Shown: positions 45,593-57,340, counted from the stretch's first letter. The stretch: DNA of 64,000 nt from Puniceicoccales bacterium (GCA_031275345.1 JAISOW010000005.1:413-64412); one strand, 5' to 3'. Notes: generated from the sequence alone by a model not told the origin. Numbers and translations: made by a program.

Positions 45593-46436
45593 GGAAATGT
45601 CTTGGCAGAGCTGCACCGCGGTGCAATCCAATTGCGCAGCCGTGGCAATTTTTTTTGTTCCGAGCGGTGGACCGCTGGCCGCAGGTCGGCCACACCGCAT
45701 TGCTCCGAACGAGGCGCATCACCTGTTGCACGTCCTGCGGGCCGGCGCCGGTGATCGGATCGTGCTTTTCGACGGCAGAGGAACGACGGCAACCTGCTCC
45801 ATCGTTGGAGTGGATCCCTGCATTTTGGTACCGGGACCGGTGATTGTACACTCTCCCCAAAAGCCTGCCCTGCACCTATTGGTGGGACTTGGAAAACAGC
45901 AGGCCATGGATCTGCTGCTGCGCCAGGCAACGGAGCTTGGCGTAGCAACCATCCATCCAATCATGGGAGATTTTTGCACGGTGCTGTGGCGGGAAGAACG
46001 CTGCGCTGGCCGCCGAAGGCGCTGGGAGGCCATCATTTTGGAGGCGGCCAAGCAGGCAAAAAATCCTTTTTTGCCGGTGCTGCACGGACCGAAATCTCTG
46101 GACCAGATTTTGGCCAAATTTCCTCCAAATGCCAGCGGCGTTGTCGCATCGCTGCAGACTGCGGCGATTTCCTGGCGCACCCTGCGCACGGCATGGGACA
46201 CAGATGGCATGCCGGATGAGTTGTGGCTTGCCGTCGGTCCGGAAGGCGATTTTTCTCCCAGCGAAAATGGTCAACTTCTTGGCAAAGGCTTCACACCACT
46301 TTCCCTTGGGCCGCGAGTGTTGACGATGGAAACCGCGGCCCTGGCATTGCTGGCGGCATGTCAATTGGACTTGGCAGGGGTTGCCATTGAGGCCGGCACG
46401 TGCGGTGGAAGGATGGATACGGCCGTATCGTGTTGA
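45591..46436 (+). CDS. rsmE: 16S rRNA (uracil1498-N3)-methyltransferase
   Basis: It has ...IFFVP...NEAHHLLHVLRAG...LAVGPEGDFSPSE...LSLGPRVLTMETA. The start is uncertain (ATG at 45591 or 45597); the upstream part of the 456-aa ORF is rejected. Confidence 0.75.
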   Translation: MEMSWQSCTAVQSNCAAVAIFFVPSGGPLAAGRPHRIAPNEAHHLLHVLRAGAGDRIVLFDGRGTTATCSIVGVDPCILVPGPVIVHSPQKPALHLLVGLGKQQAMDLLLRQATELGVATIHPIMGDFCTVLWREERCAGRRRRWEAIILEAAKQAKNPFLPVLHGPKSLDQILAKFPPNASGVVASLQTAAISWRTLRTAWDTDGMPDELWLAVGPEGDFSPSENGQLLGKGFTPLSLGPRVLTMETAALALLAACQLDLAGVAIEAGTCGGRMDTAVSC

Positions 46437-48703
46437 AAAACTAGGACGGAATGCGCCGGCAGGTGGAGCGTGAGCTTTTGGGCAAAGCCATTGCAGGACT
46501 CATCCGATGTCCATCCTTCTCCAAGATTGCCGATGCCACTGCCGCCGTAGAGCAGGGCATTGCCGTTGAGAACCTCGCGCCATCGCCCACTCCGCGGGAC
46601 ACCAACGGCGTAGGCATTGAAATCCTGCCAGGAAAAATTTCCAACCACCAGCACCAGCTCATCGCCGCCCCGGCGCAGGTAGGACAGTACGCCGCCCTGG
46701 CTGTCGTCCGGATTGATCCAGCAAAAGCCGGCCGGATCATCGTCGTAGAATCCAAGCCAGGGCCGTGACAGATAGAAGCGATTGAGATCTCGTATCCAAA
46801 GTTGCAATCCCCTATGGTTGCAATGGTGCAGCAGGTGCCAGTCCAGACTGCGGCCATGGTACCATTCGTCGTGCTGGCCAAATTCTCCGCCCATGAAGAG
46901 AGATTTTTTTCCAGGCCAGGTCCAAAGATAGCCGTAGAGTGCGCGGAGCATGTCGGCCTTGCGATCCATGGATGAGGATGGCATGCGGGCCAACAGTGAG
47001 CCTTTGCCGTGGACAACTTCATCGTGGGAAAGGGCTAGAATGAAATGTTCGCTGTACTGGTACAGCATGGCAAATGTGAGCCGGTGATGGGCCGCCTGGC
47101 GCTGGCCAGCTGCCTGGGAAAAGTAATACAGCGTGTCGTGCATCCAGCCCATGTTCCATTTAAAATCAAAGCCCAATCCGCCCAGATAGGTGGGGTGGGA
47201 AACCCCGGGATGGGTGGTGGATTCTTCGGCAATTGTCAGCACGCCAGGGAAAAGTCTGTGGACCCATTCGTTGTACTCGCGAAGAAAAAGGACGGCATCG
47301 CTATCTTCTTCCCCGCCCTGCGGATGGGGCAACCACTCCCCGTCGGATCGGCCATGGTTGCGGTGTACGATGGCGGCCACGGCGTCCACCCGAAAGCCGT
47401 CGATGTGGAACCGTTCACACCAGCTCAATGCGCTGGCGATGAGGAAATTTCGCACCTCATGGCGGCCAAAGTTAAAGGCAAGCGTGCCCCAGTTTCGGTG
47501 TTCGCCAATGCGCGCATCTTCGTGCTCGTAGAGGCAGGTTCCGTCGAAGCGGGCCAGGGCAAAGCGATCTTTGGGGAAATGGCCCGGGACCCAGTCGAGG
47601 ATGACGCCGATGCCGCGGCGGTGCAGGGTATCGACGAAGTGGGCAAAGTCGTCCGGATTGCCAAAGCGGGAGGTTGGGGCAAAGTAGCCGGTTACCTGGT
47701 AGCCCCAGGAGCCGTCGTAGGGAAATTCTGTGATGGGCAATAGTTCCACGTGGGTAAAGCCCAGTTCATTGCAGTAGTCGGCCAGCAGCGGAGCCGCTTC
47801 GCGGTAGGTCAGTGGCCGGTCATTCTCCTCGGGAACCCTGCGCCAGGAGGCAAGGTGGACCTCGTAGATGGAAATTGGTGCCCGGTAGGGAACAAAGCTG
47901 CGTCGTTCCGCCATCCATTCCCCATCCTGCCAGTCGTGATTTACCCCAATTCCGGTCAGTGCAGCGGCCTCTGGAGCACGTTCATAGCAGAGGGCACAGG
48001 GATCTGTGCGCAGTTGTAGTTGGCCGTTGGCATCGATGAGCTCATATTTGTACAGCCGTCCGACCGGCAGGTGGGGAACGAACAGTTCCCAAATTCCGGA
48101 AAGACCAAGCTTGCGAAGGGGAAGCTGGCGGCCATCCCAGTCATTGAAGTCTCCCACCAGGGAAATCCGGCGGGCATTGGGTGCCCAGACGGCGAAGCTC
48201 AAACCTTGCACGCCATCAATCGTGCGACGGTGGGATCCTAGCAAATGGTGGATGCGTTCCGCCCTGCCCTCAGCAAACAGGTGCCGATCATATTCGGAAA
48301 TTGTGGGTGGAAAGCGGTAGGCATCTTCCAATTCTACGCGGCGGCCATCGGCGTAGCTTGCCAGAAGCCGGTAGGGTACAAATTCCGTGCCGGGCAGTGT
48401 GCACTGGAATAGACCACAGTCCGTAAGTGACTCCATTGGAATAATTTGCTTGCCTTCATCCAATAGAACGGCGCAGCCGACGGCATGGGCAAGAAATGTT
48501 CGTACGGTGCCGTGGCCATCTTCCAGGTGCCAGCCCAGGATGTCGTGAGGGTTTGGGCATCGCGCCTCCGCGATGGCAAATGCCTCCCTATCCCTCAAAG
48601 TCACGGCAAAATGGCTAGCGGTTGACCGCTTTTTTTGCGAACGAAAAAATCGTTGCCATGGTATTTTTTGACCATGGAATGAGACCATGGGCAACGGGCG
48701 CAT
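46361..48703 (-). CDS. glgB: 1,4-alpha-glucan branching enzyme
   Basis: 780-aa ORF with GH13 motifs [15 protein letters not shown] and ...EESTT.... The start is uncertain. The 3' end overlaps the rsmE ORF by 76 nt. Confidence 0.85.
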   Translation of the reverse strand: MRPLPMVSFHGQKIPWQRFFRSQKKRSTASHFAVTLRDREAFAIAEARCPNPHDILGWHLEDGHGTVRTFLAHAVGCAVLLDEGKQIIPMESLTDCGLFQCTLPGTEFVPYRLLASYADGRRVELEDAYRFPPTISEYDRHLFAEGRAERIHHLLGSHRRTIDGVQGLSFAVWAPNARRISLVGDFNDWDGRQLPLRKLGLSGIWELFVPHLPVGRLYKYELIDANGQLQLRTDPCALCYERAPEAAALTGIGVNHDWQDGEWMAERRSFVPYRAPISIYEVHLASWRRVPEENDRPLTYREAAPLLADYCNELGFTHVELLPITEFPYDGSWGYQVTGYFAPTSRFGNPDDFAHFVDTLHRRGIGVILDWVPGHFPKDRFALARFDGTCLYEHEDARIGEHRNWGTLAFNFGRHEVRNFLIASALSWCERFHIDGFRVDAVAAIVHRNHGRSDGEWLPHPQGGEEDSDAVLFLREYNEWVHRLFPGVLTIAEESTTHPGVSHPTYLGGLGFDFKWNMGWMHDTLYYFSQAAGQRQAAHHRLTFAMLYQYSEHFILALSHDEVVHGKGSLLARMPSSSMDRKADMLRALYGYLWTWPGKKSLFMGGEFGQHDEWYHGRSLDWHLLHHCNHRGLQLWIRDLNRFYLSRPWLGFYDDDPAGFCWINPDDSQGGVLSYLRRGGDELVLVVGNFSWQDFNAYAVGVPRSGRWREVLNGNALLYGGSGIGNLGEGWTSDESCNGFAQKLTLHLPAHSVLVFQHDTAVSILPPHVPASMATPAKSN

Positions 48704-49748
48704 CGAGGAGTTTTTGGCAAAGGACCGGGAAAAACTTTTGCAGCACGAATGCAGAACAATTGAAAAAAAGCTGCTCCATCTGCCGGGACCGGATTTTGTG
48801 GAACGGGTTTGGCAAAATTCAGACCGGCCAGCGCCGGTGCTGAACTCATTGGCGTGGCTGCACCGGGCAGGACGGCTGGGGGGAACCGGCTACCTGTCCA
48901 TTTTGCCGGTGGATCAGGGCATTGAACACTCGGCCGGTGCCAGCTTTGCCGCCAATCCTCTCTACTTTGATCCGGAAAACATTGTCCAGCTAGCCATAGA
49001 AGGTGGCTGCAATGCCGTGGCATCGACGCTCGGTGTGCTGGGCGCGGTTGCCCGTCGCCACTGCCACAGAATTCCGTTCATTGTGAAGCTGAACCATAAC
49101 GAACTGCTAACCTACCCCAATAAGCATGACCAGGTGTACTTTGCCCAGGTGGAGCAGGCCTGGGACATGGGCGCCGTGGCTGTCGGTGCCACCGTGTACT
49201 TTGGGGCAGAGGAATCGATGCGCCAGCTGCGGGAGACGGCGGATGCCTTTCAACGGGCCCATGAACTCGGCATGGCCACCATTCTCTGGTGCTACCTGCG
49301 CAACTCCGGTTTCAAAAAAGGCGGCATGGATTACCATGTGGCGGCGGATCTCACCGGCCAGGGAAACCATCTGGGTTGTACCATCGAGGCCGACATTGTT
49401 AAGCAAAAGTCACCGGAAAACAACGGTGGGTTTGCGGATATCCAATTTGGCAAGTGGGATGCGCGCATGTACAAAGAACTGTGCACCAACCACCCCATTG
49501 ACCTGACCCGCTACCAGGTGGCAAATTGTTACATGGGCCGCTGCGAACTCATCAATTCGGGCGGTGCATCTTCCGGCGGTGCGGACGATTTTACGGAGGC
49601 CATCCGCACGGCCATTGTCAACAAACGGGGCGGTGGCGCGGGACTCATTTCTGGCCGCAAGGCATTCCAACGACCCATGCGGGAGGGCGTGGAACTGCTC
49701 AACACGATCCAGGATGTGTACCTGGACAAAAGAATCACGGTGGCCTAG
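48687..49748 (+). CDS. fbaB: Class I fructose-bisphosphate aldolase (FbaB/DhnA type)
   Basis: 353 aa. [13 protein letters not shown]...FIVKLNHNE... matches the DhnA-type class I aldolase layout. Confidence 0.75.
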   Translation: MGNGRIEEFLAKDREKLLQHECRTIEKKLLHLPGPDFVERVWQNSDRPAPVLNSLAWLHRAGRLGGTGYLSILPVDQGIEHSAGASFAANPLYFDPENIVQLAIEGGCNAVASTLGVLGAVARRHCHRIPFIVKLNHNELLTYPNKHDQVYFAQVEQAWDMGAVAVGATVYFGAEESMRQLRETADAFQRAHELGMATILWCYLRNSGFKKGGMDYHVAADLTGQGNHLGCTIEADIVKQKSPENNGGFADIQFGKWDARMYKELCTNHPIDLTRYQVANCYMGRCELINSGGASSGGADDFTEAIRTAIVNKRGGGAGLISGRKAFQRPMREGVELLNTIQDVYLDKRITVA

Positions 49749-49858
49749 GGCCTGATCAAGGGACCTTGGTCCACAGGGTTTGCGTTTTTTATGGCTCGGA
49801 CGGGGGTCGTCGCCGGGCCAAAAATCTGGAAAATCTCCGGTAATCTGAAAAGCCGCGT

Positions 49859-49892
49859 GGGCCGGTTGCACTGTGCAACCGCCCGTGGTTTT
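49859..49892 (+). terminator. Rho-independent terminator candidate after fbaB
   Basis: GC-rich hairpin gggccggttgca-ctg-tgcaaccgccc with one bulge, followed by gtggTTTT. It lies about 110 nt after the stop. Confidence 0.4.
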
Positions 49893-50079
49893 CCACTGGC
49901 CTAGGGAGGTGCCATGGCTGTCCGTGCCGCAGATTTTTTGCGCTCCGTATGCCACTCGAACTGGTGGCAGCGCTAGCTGCCCGTACTTAAATCCATCCAA
50001 ATTTTTGGAAATTGAGTCGTAGCATGCCGTCCCGGTGAGCTGCGGCTTTTCATGCTCCCAATTTAGTTCGAGAAAAAAA

Positions 50080-50795
50080 ATGAAACGCAATGGTGCGGTG
50101 GCTGAGTCCACCCAAAGTTTTTTTGGCGAATTTGGAGGCTCCTTTCTGCCAAAAGTTTTGCAGAAGGAAATGGACAAGCTGTCCGCCGCCTATGAAGATG
50201 CCCGGCACGATCCCGCATTTTTTGCGAAATTGGATCACATTCGCCGCCACTACCAGGGGCGGCTGACCCCCATCACCCATGTTCGCAATTTGTCCGCAAA
50301 AGTTGCTGGGGCACAGATCTTTTTCAAACGGGAAGATTTGAACCATACGGGAGCGCACAAGCTCAACCACTGCATGGGAGAATGCCTACTTGCCAAGCGT
50401 CTCGGCAAAAGACGGGTCATCGCAGAAATCGGGGCAGGACAGCACGGCCTTGCACTGGCAACGGCGGCTACATTTTTTGGCCTAGAGTGCGAAATTCACA
50501 TGGGCGAGGTGGACATGGCCAAGGAACAGACAAACGTGCAAAAAATGCGCCTACTGGGAGCCACCGTCGTTTCTGTCGGCGTGGGGCAGAGAACCTTGAA
50601 GGAGGCGGTGGACAGCGCCTTTGCCGCCTATTTGGCGAATCTGGAAACCTGCCTCTACTGCATCGGTTCAGCGGTTGGTCCGCACCCATTTCCCACCATG
50701 GTCCGCGATTTTCAAAGCGTCGTCGGCCGGGAGGCAAGGGAGCAGATGCTGGAAATGACGGGCCATCTCCCGGATGCGGTGGTTGCCGGTGTGCG
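50080..50795 (+). pseudogene. trpB: 3'-truncated tryptophan synthase beta chain
   Basis: It is TrpB-like from [10 protein letters not shown] through HTGAHKLN (PLP Lys) to ...LPDAVVAGV. The expected GGGSNA and the C-terminal third are absent. The reading frame runs into the convergent antiporter gene. No trpA is adjacent. Confidence 0.6.
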
Positions 50796-53183
50796 TCAAG
50801 CAGCCGATCCGACCCTTTCCCATCCGTCGCGAAGCCGGCGGATGGCGCCACCTTCGCCCACAACCACCAAAATGTCATTGGCTTGCAGGATTTCCGCTGC
50901 ACTGGGTAGGCTGATGGGACCGGCGGCGCGGCGAATTTCCACAACACTGACGCCGTAATGGCGGCGCAAATTGCTTTCCATCAATGACTTTCCAACTAGG
51001 GCATGCAGCGGCTCCACGCCAATTTGCGCAATTTCAAAATCTTCTCCATCCGCCGGCGCCGAGGACTCCGCCGTGGATAGAAATTCCTGCGCTCGCTCCA
51101 AATTTTCCCGCGTTCCCAGGAGGAGAAGTTCATGGCCGGCCAGCAGGGGCAGGTCCGGCCTGGGTGCGTAGCTGAGGTAGTGGCCACAGCGCAGGGCAAC
51201 GGCGTTGACTCCAAAGTTTTTTGCCAGGGCAAGCCCTTGAATGCAGCAGCCGCTGCGCCCTTCTCCGATGCGCACCGAGGCAAGGTCCAGTCCAAGCGGT
51301 GCAAGATTTTGAATTTTTTGCAGCATGGCCTTCCGCTGCTGTGCTAGCTGAGATTGTACGTCCCGGTCAAAAGTTTCAATAAAATATTCTCCAATTTTTG
51401 CATTCAATTTGAGCACCTGGCTGCGCAACAGCAACCCCGCCACGGCCAGTATGAGAACAAAGGCATAGAGGGGAACGCCGGAGGGAAGGGACGGCGCTGC
51501 CACGAGAAGAAATGTGCCACTGAAAAATAGCACGACGAGCAGCAAAATGGCCGATTGAAATATGCCACCCAGGCGGGGAACCAAAAAAGAGGCCCGCGAA
51601 CCCGACTGGACCTGGGGTAAAGCATTGGAAAGTAGAATGAACAGAAGGACCCGAGTCTGGCGCACGATTTGCAGAGCACAGGGCAGGGAAACTACGGCGG
51701 CAATGCCCCAGATTCCGGCATCCACGGCGGAAACCCAGCCGGGCAGGAGTGGAGCGGCAAAGCGGGTGGCAATGGATGCGGCCACGAGGATGGCCAGGAA
51801 CAAAAATGTGTCCATGACAATGTAGACCAGCGGTTTTGCTGCTAGCTGCACCAGCGTGTTTTTGGAAAGTCTGCCGCGGATAATCGCCAGGGCGGATTGG
51901 TAGAGATGGCCCAGCTTTTGCAAAGATTTTGGCATCCATCGGGCCAATTTTTTGCAAATTTTTTCGCCGTGGGGCCCGATGAGGGCGGTGCAGATGATTG
52001 TGCCCATGGATGCTCCAACGGCGATATTGAGCAGGCCACCGTCCGTCACGCCCAGGCCGCTGCCGAGGGCTGCGATGACAAAACTGAATTCGCCAATCTG
52101 CGCCTTGCAGAGGGAGGCGCAAAAGCTGCCGGCCGCATCCTGGCCGCTGAGGAATAGGCCAATGAAACAGGAAATGATTTTTAGGGAAAATACCGCGATG
52201 GTGAGGAGAAGGATGGCGGTTTTGTGGACCCAAAGGGTTGGCAGGTCAACCATGAGTCCAACGGAAAGAAAAAATATGGCGGAAAATAGGGTGCGAATGG
52301 GCTGCATGCGGCCTTCCATTGGCTCCGCAAGGGCCGTTCCGGAGAATACGGATCCGGCCAAAAATGCACCAAGGGCCAGGGAAAAGCTGGAAATTTCCGC
52401 CAAAAGGCCGATGCCGAACAGGATGCCAACCGTTACGACGGTTAGCAGTTCATCGGAATGAAATTTTTGCAAAGCGCGAATCAGCGGCGTGGCGGCGAGC
52501 CTCCCCAGTAGAAATACGCTGACAACGAAGGCGCCGACAAAGAAAATAACGCGGCCCATGGCGTCCCATGCAAAATGGCCGGTGATGGCAATACCGGACA
52601 GGATCACCAGCAATAGGATGGCCAAAATATCTTCAAAAATTAGGATGCCGATGCAGTATTTGGCAAATCCCTTCCTTTGCATGCCACCGGCATCCAGGAT
52701 GGGCAGCGTGATCATGGTGGAGCTGATGGCGAGCAGACCGCCTAGGAACAGACCATTCAGCCCACCCCAGCCCAGGATCGGTGCCAAGGTGCGGCCTAGA
52801 AATAGCATGAAAAATGTTTGGAATAAAAGCGCCAGCATGGATGGAGCGAATAGTTGGCGCAGCTTGCGAATTTCAAATTCCAGCCCCATGTAAAACATGA
52901 GGAATAGCACACCCAGCTCACTTAACTGCTCTATGACGGCCTCATCGTGGATGAGATTATGGTCATTGGATGGCAGGCCAAGCAGTACGCCAGCAAGGAT
53001 GTAGGCAAGCAGGGTTGGAATGTGCAGTGCGCGGGCAGCCAGCGCTGCAATGCTTGCCATGAGCAGCAGCAGGGAGAGGTCGTGGATGATGTGCACGGCC
53101 GCCACTTTTCTAAAACTTGGCAAAAAAACAAGGCAGATTTGTCCAGTAAAAAATACTTGTCCGCCGTTGTAGCTGGACGACAA
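50796..53183 (-). CDS. Monovalent cation:proton antiporter (CPA2/Kef-type) with two RCK/TrkA-C-like C-terminal domains
   Basis: The N-terminal half has about 12 hydrophobic helices ([15 protein letters not shown]...). The C-terminal half is soluble and ends ...[17 protein letters not shown]. The start is uncertain. Confidence 0.75.
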   Translation of the reverse strand: MSSSYNGGQVFFTGQICLVFLPSFRKVAAVHIIHDLSLLLLMASIAALAARALHIPTLLAYILAGVLLGLPSNDHNLIHDEAVIEQLSELGVLFLMFYMGLEFEIRKLRQLFAPSMLALLFQTFFMLFLGRTLAPILGWGGLNGLFLGGLLAISSTMITLPILDAGGMQRKGFAKYCIGILIFEDILAILLLVILSGIAITGHFAWDAMGRVIFFVGAFVVSVFLLGRLAATPLIRALQKFHSDELLTVVTVGILFGIGLLAEISSFSLALGAFLAGSVFSGTALAEPMEGRMQPIRTLFSAIFFLSVGLMVDLPTLWVHKTAILLLTIAVFSLKIISCFIGLFLSGQDAAGSFCASLCKAQIGEFSFVIAALGSGLGVTDGGLLNIAVGASMGTIICTALIGPHGEKICKKLARWMPKSLQKLGHLYQSALAIIRGRLSKNTLVQLAAKPLVYIVMDTFLFLAILVAASIATRFAAPLLPGWVSAVDAGIWGIAAVVSLPCALQIVRQTRVLLFILLSNALPQVQSGSRASFLVPRLGGIFQSAILLLVVLFFSGTFLLVAAPSLPSGVPLYAFVLILAVAGLLLRSQVLKLNAKIGEYFIETFDRDVQSQLAQQRKAMLQKIQNLAPLGLDLASVRIGEGRSGCCIQGLALAKNFGVNAVALRCGHYLSYAPRPDLPLLAGHELLLLGTRENLERAQEFLSTAESSAPADGEDFEIAQIGVEPLHALVGKSLMESNLRRHYGVSVVEIRRAAGPISLPSAAEILQANDILVVVGEGGAIRRLRDGWERVGSAA

Positions 53184-53218
53184 TGGGCCATTGCCGGCCG
53201 TGCCGGCGGGGAGGAGCT

Positions 53219-54244
53219 ATGGCAAAGAGGGTTGGAATCAACGGGTTTGGCCGCATTGGCCGCCTGATTTTTCGGGCAATGGAAGAGCTAGATTTGCGGG
53301 CAAAGGGCGTGGAGGTGGTGGCTATCAATGATTTGGTGCCGGCGGATAACCTGGCCTATCTGCTCAAATACGACTCCACCCAGGGCCGTTTCCCTAAAAA
53401 TGTACGGGCCATCGATGAAAAAACGCTCGAGGTCGATGGCCACCGCATCGCATGTTTGGGAGAAAAAGCTGGACCGGCTGCACTGCCGTGGAGACAGCTT
53501 GGCGTGGACATTGTTGTGGAAAGCACCGGGTTGTTCACCCAGGCAGAAAAAGCGCTGGGCCACCTAGAAGCCGGCGCCAAAAAGGTGATCATTAGTGCAC
53601 CGGCCAAGGGAGATGGCGTAAAAACCATCGTGCGCGGAGTGAATTGTTCCACGCTAACCCGCAATGATCACATCATTTCCAATGCATCCTGCACCACCAA
53701 CTGCCTTGCGCCCGTTGCAAAGGTTGTGCTGGAAAATTTTGGCATTGAAGAAGGGCTTATGACAACGATCCACAGCTACACAGCCACCCAAAAGACGGTG
53801 GATGGACCGTCCGGCAAGGATTGGAAGGGTGGCCGTGCGGCGGCCATCAACATCATTCCTTCCACCACCGGCGCCGCCAAGGCCGTTGGTTTGGTTTTGC
53901 CTCAGTTACAGGGGAAGCTCACCGGAATGTCGTTTCGTGTCCCAACGCCGACGGTTTCCGCCGTTGATCTTACGGTGCGCACGGAAAAGGCAACCTCGTA
54001 CGCCGCAATTTGTTCCGCCATGAAGACAGCGGCAGCCGGTCCGCTGGCAGGAATTTTGGAGTATGTGGAGGATGAGGTGGTTTCCAGCGATTTCATCCAC
54101 TGCCCAGCTTCGGCCATCTTCGACGCCGGCTCTGGCATTGAACTCAACGCAAAATTTTTTAAACTTGTGGCTTGGTACGACAATGAATGGGGATACAGCA
54201 GGCGTTGCGTCGAATTAATTGGTCTGGTGGCCGCCCTGCTTTAG
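53219..54244 (+). CDS. gap: Glyceraldehyde-3-phosphate dehydrogenase
   Basis: It has [11 protein letters not shown] and SCTTNCLAP motifs. The RBS ggaggag is upstream of the ATG at 53219. Confidence 0.9.
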   Translation: MAKRVGINGFGRIGRLIFRAMEELDLRAKGVEVVAINDLVPADNLAYLLKYDSTQGRFPKNVRAIDEKTLEVDGHRIACLGEKAGPAALPWRQLGVDIVVESTGLFTQAEKALGHLEAGAKKVIISAPAKGDGVKTIVRGVNCSTLTRNDHIISNASCTTNCLAPVAKVVLENFGIEEGLMTTIHSYTATQKTVDGPSGKDWKGGRAAAINIIPSTTGAAKAVGLVLPQLQGKLTGMSFRVPTPTVSAVDLTVRTEKATSYAAICSAMKTAAAGPLAGILEYVEDEVVSSDFIHCPASAIFDAGSGIELNAKFFKLVAWYDNEWGYSRRCVELIGLVAALL

Positions 54245-54314
54245 CCAAAAACCGACTTTTTTTCCCAAAAAAGGCCGTCCCTTGTGGGTAAGGAGCCAGC
54301 CGGTGACGCAATCC

Positions 54315-55412
54315 ATGCGGAGGGACGGGCTTTCGTCGGTTGTGTCGTCAGGAAACGATTTAAGTAATGGACTTGACGGAGTGGATTTTTCAGTGCACTT
54401 TTTCGACATGACGGTCCACGAGTTTTCAAAAGGTAGTGTTTTTTCAAAGAGTCTTGAAGTAACCAAAAAACCACGCTGGAAAACGAATGCGACCCCATCT
54501 TCCCCTGGCAAGTTGATTCTTTATCGCACGGCGTTTGTGGTCTTTTGTTTTTGTTCGTTCTGCCTATTGCCTGTCACGCTGTTGGTAATGGCGATTTGCA
54601 AATATGCCTACGGCAGTGCCATGAAGCCATTCAAAATGGTACACCACCTACTGTGGAATGGCGGTATTTCCGACAACCGTTGCCAGCAGCGATCGCAATT
54701 TACGATAAAAGGTCTGTCAAGTGATGGTCAGACAACAGGAAAGGACACAATAGGGACTATATTGGGATACCTGACCCAACAGGTACGGCAGAAAAACTTG
54801 GAAAATGCGAAAGAAATTCTTAGGACGAAATGCGATGATGGTTTCACTGTCCTGGAGAGTATGAGTCGTTTAACCGGCAATCCAGCCATACGACAGGCGA
54901 TATGGGAGTTGCTGACGACATTGGTGCGGCACGGACAGAAGGGGCTTGTGCAGGAATACTATTCCTTTGTGCAGGGAGAACTATTTACGGCCCTACCATC
55001 GGATGGTCCTGCTAATTGGCGGGCTGGGCTTGAGTTTCTGACAGCAGCATGGCTAGGAGGCAGCCTAGATGATGTTGCCGCAGTAAATGTTTTCCTGGAA
55101 TCGAATTTGCCCTTTCTACGGAATGTGTTGCTATCTGAGTCTGACCAAGTGAGGTGGGCGGCGGTGGAATTATTGAGGGCATTGGTAAGGAATCCTGTAA
55201 AAAAAGATTTTGTAATTGAGGTCCTTGCGTCCAATGTCGACAATCAGGGCTCTGTGCTACAAAATTTTACTGGCAAGTTCAATGGTTGGATGCTCGTTGA
55301 ATTGCTAATAGCTTTGTACGCCAGCCCATCACCATATCAATATTCGGGAAATCTTATGCCACAACTCGAGGAAGATGTTCGCAATTTCCGCGCAACAAAT
55401 GGGACAATATGA
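54315..55412 (+). CDS. Hypothetical protein with hydrophobic hairpin and HEAT/ARM-like helical repeats (Inc-like)
   Basis: The hairpin is LILYRTAFVVFCFCSFCLLPVTLLVMAICKYAY. Helical repeats follow (AIRQAIWELLTTLVRHG, VRWAAVELLRALVRNP). The start is uncertain (54219, 54315 or 54408). Confidence 0.45.
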   Translation: MRRDGLSSVVSSGNDLSNGLDGVDFSVHFFDMTVHEFSKGSVFSKSLEVTKKPRWKTNATPSSPGKLILYRTAFVVFCFCSFCLLPVTLLVMAICKYAYGSAMKPFKMVHHLLWNGGISDNRCQQRSQFTIKGLSSDGQTTGKDTIGTILGYLTQQVRQKNLENAKEILRTKCDDGFTVLESMSRLTGNPAIRQAIWELLTTLVRHGQKGLVQEYYSFVQGELFTALPSDGPANWRAGLEFLTAAWLGGSLDDVAAVNVFLESNLPFLRNVLLSESDQVRWAAVELLRALVRNPVKKDFVIEVLASNVDNQGSVLQNFTGKFNGWMLVELLIALYASPSPYQYSGNLMPQLEEDVRNFRATNGTI

Positions 55413-55616
55413 GAGCAAATGAAAATATTTTATTTACAAATAGCTTTCAGTCTCCTATGAAGCAAAGTTCATATTCGCTGTTGCGATGGGGCAGTGGTCG
55501 CGCAAATCGCGGATAAAATTTGAGGACATTGAACCCCATCCCGATGGTGTCCTCAATGGGGCAATGCCGATCCTAGCTCCACGGGACCCGGGAGCAACCG
55601 AACCTGTCCTGCAGCC

Positions 55617-56540
55617 ATGGATTTTGGCTTGCATTGGAGGCCATTTCGGATGACCATGGGACCGGTGGTGGTGCGGTTTTTTCAAAAAAACTGGTTTTGG
55701 CCGGTACTTTGCATGCTGGCCATCGTACTCTGGCGGATTCTGCCGGTGGCTACCGATGCCGTTGATCGGGCAGCCCACGTGCTGTTCTTTCTTTTTCCCC
55801 ACGTGCCAGTCAGCAATGCCATGGTCACCGGATGGATCCTGTCATTGGCGACGATCTTTGGCGTGCGAAAAATTGTTGGCCGCAAACCTACCGTCGTACC
55901 AACGCGGGGCCAGGCACTTGTGGAAATTTTTGTGGAAAAAATGCAGGCGCTCTTTGAACCGATCGTTGGTCAGCGCACATTGCCCCATGTCCTACCCCTG
56001 CTGCTTGTGCTGTTCAGCTTCATTTTGCTGCAAAATTGGTGCGGGCTGCTGCCTGGCATTGGTTCCATAGGCCTGCGCAATGCCGACGGCCAGTGGCATC
56101 ATCTTCTGCGTCCAACGAATGCTGATCTCAATGCCACGCTCGGCCTTGCACTGGCCGCAACGGTTGGCTGGGCCTACACCGTGCTCCGCCACGCCGGCCC
56201 GCGGGTATTTCTCCACGACACATTTGGCAATCGGGCCGACCGCGATGAATTGCCATTTCCTCTTTACCTTGCCATGGGCATCGTATTCATTGGCGTCGGA
56301 CTGGTTGACCTAGTTTCCATGCTTTTTCGGGTTGTGTCCCTTTCTTTCCGCCTCTACGGCAACGTTTTTGGCGGAGAAAGCCTTATTGCTCGCATGCTGG
56401 CACTTTTTGGCTATTTGGTTCCGGTGCCATTCTACTTTCTCGAACTATTGATCGGCCTCATCCAGGCATTGGTCTTTACCCTCCTAACGGCTGTCTACGT
56501 TGGCCTGCTCACCAACCAGCACGGAGGAGGAGATCGGTGA
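55617..56540 (+). CDS. atpB: F-type ATP synthase F0 subunit a
   Basis: It has the conserved Arg motif LSFRLYGNVFGGE and the C-terminal LIQALVFTLLTAVY. No other atp genes are adjacent. Confidence 0.75.
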   Translation: MDFGLHWRPFRMTMGPVVVRFFQKNWFWPVLCMLAIVLWRILPVATDAVDRAAHVLFFLFPHVPVSNAMVTGWILSLATIFGVRKIVGRKPTVVPTRGQALVEIFVEKMQALFEPIVGQRTLPHVLPLLLVLFSFILLQNWCGLLPGIGSIGLRNADGQWHHLLRPTNADLNATLGLALAATVGWAYTVLRHAGPRVFLHDTFGNRADRDELPFPLYLAMGIVFIGVGLVDLVSMLFRVVSLSFRLYGNVFGGESLIARMLALFGYLVPVPFYFLELLIGLIQALVFTLLTAVYVGLLTNQHGGGDR

Positions 56541-57340
56541 GCAACTTTGGGCTGGTCTTTCACGGCGGCAAGGCAGGAGTGCACGAGCTGGCAAAGGAAA
56601 TCATTGAATTTTTGCGCCGGGCTGGCCACGAACTACGGGTGGCAGAGCTGCATGGCCGGGAAAATTTTTCCGTGGCCGGACTAGATCTGTGCATCACGCT
56701 GGGTGGCGACGGGACTCTGCTTGCCATGGCGGCAGAGGCAGCCATGGCCAATGTTCCCATCCTCGGCATCAATGGGGGCCGCCTTGGCTTTCTCACAGCC
56801 ATTAGCTCGGAAAATTGGCGGAAAGAATTGCCCCGCATGGTTGCAGGGGAAAGGACGGAGCTGCGGACAAGGCTGCTCAGCTGTTCCTGCGGTGGTCACA
56901 CTTTTCACGCCCTCAACGATGTGGTACTAAAAAGCCGGGGCAGTGTTCGCCTATGTACCATGGCCGTGCGCGTAGATGGGGAAGTATTCAACAGCTACCG
57001 GGCCGACGGACTCATATTTTCCACCCCAATCGGCTCCACCGCCTACAATCTTTCCGCCGGTGGCATGGTCGTTGCACCATCCGTCCCGGCCATCGTCATC
57101 TCGCCAATCTGTTCCCACACCTTCGCCAACAGAGGCATTATCCTGCCAGCCAATGCGATCTGTTCCGTTGAAACCGGATCAACCATCCCCCACCTCTGCA
57201 TCGATGGACGGGAGGTGCCGACCGTAGATTCGCCATCTCTGCACATCACAACCGGGACGACCGTTGCAACCCTATGGCGGCGTAAAGATTGTTCCTATTT
57301 TTCCATTTTGCGTGAAAAGCTTTTCCGGCAACCATTTTAA
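56537..57340 (+). CDS. nadK: NAD kinase
   Basis: It has GGDGTLL, NGGRLGFL and ...STAYNLSAGG motifs. The GTG start overlaps the atpB stop (GTGA). Confidence 0.85.
   Translation: MSNFGLVFHGGKAGVHELAKEIIEFLRRAGHELRVAELHGRENFSVAGLDLCITLGGDGTLLAMAAEAAMANVPILGINGGRLGFLTAISSENWRKELPRMVAGERTELRTRLLSCSCGGHTFHALNDVVLKSRGSVRLCTMAVRVDGEVFNSYRADGLIFSTPIGSTAYNLSAGGMVVAPSVPAIVISPICSHTFANRGIILPANAICSVETGSTIPHLCIDGREVPTVDSPSLHITTGTTVATLWRRKDCSYFSILREKLFRQPF

Noticed and set aside
55413-55616. A possible structured RNA or atpI remnant upstream of atpB (partial repeats around gatggggca).
   Set aside because: Only short imperfect repeats were found. No convincing stem-loops, ORF or known RNA motif could be identified by eye.
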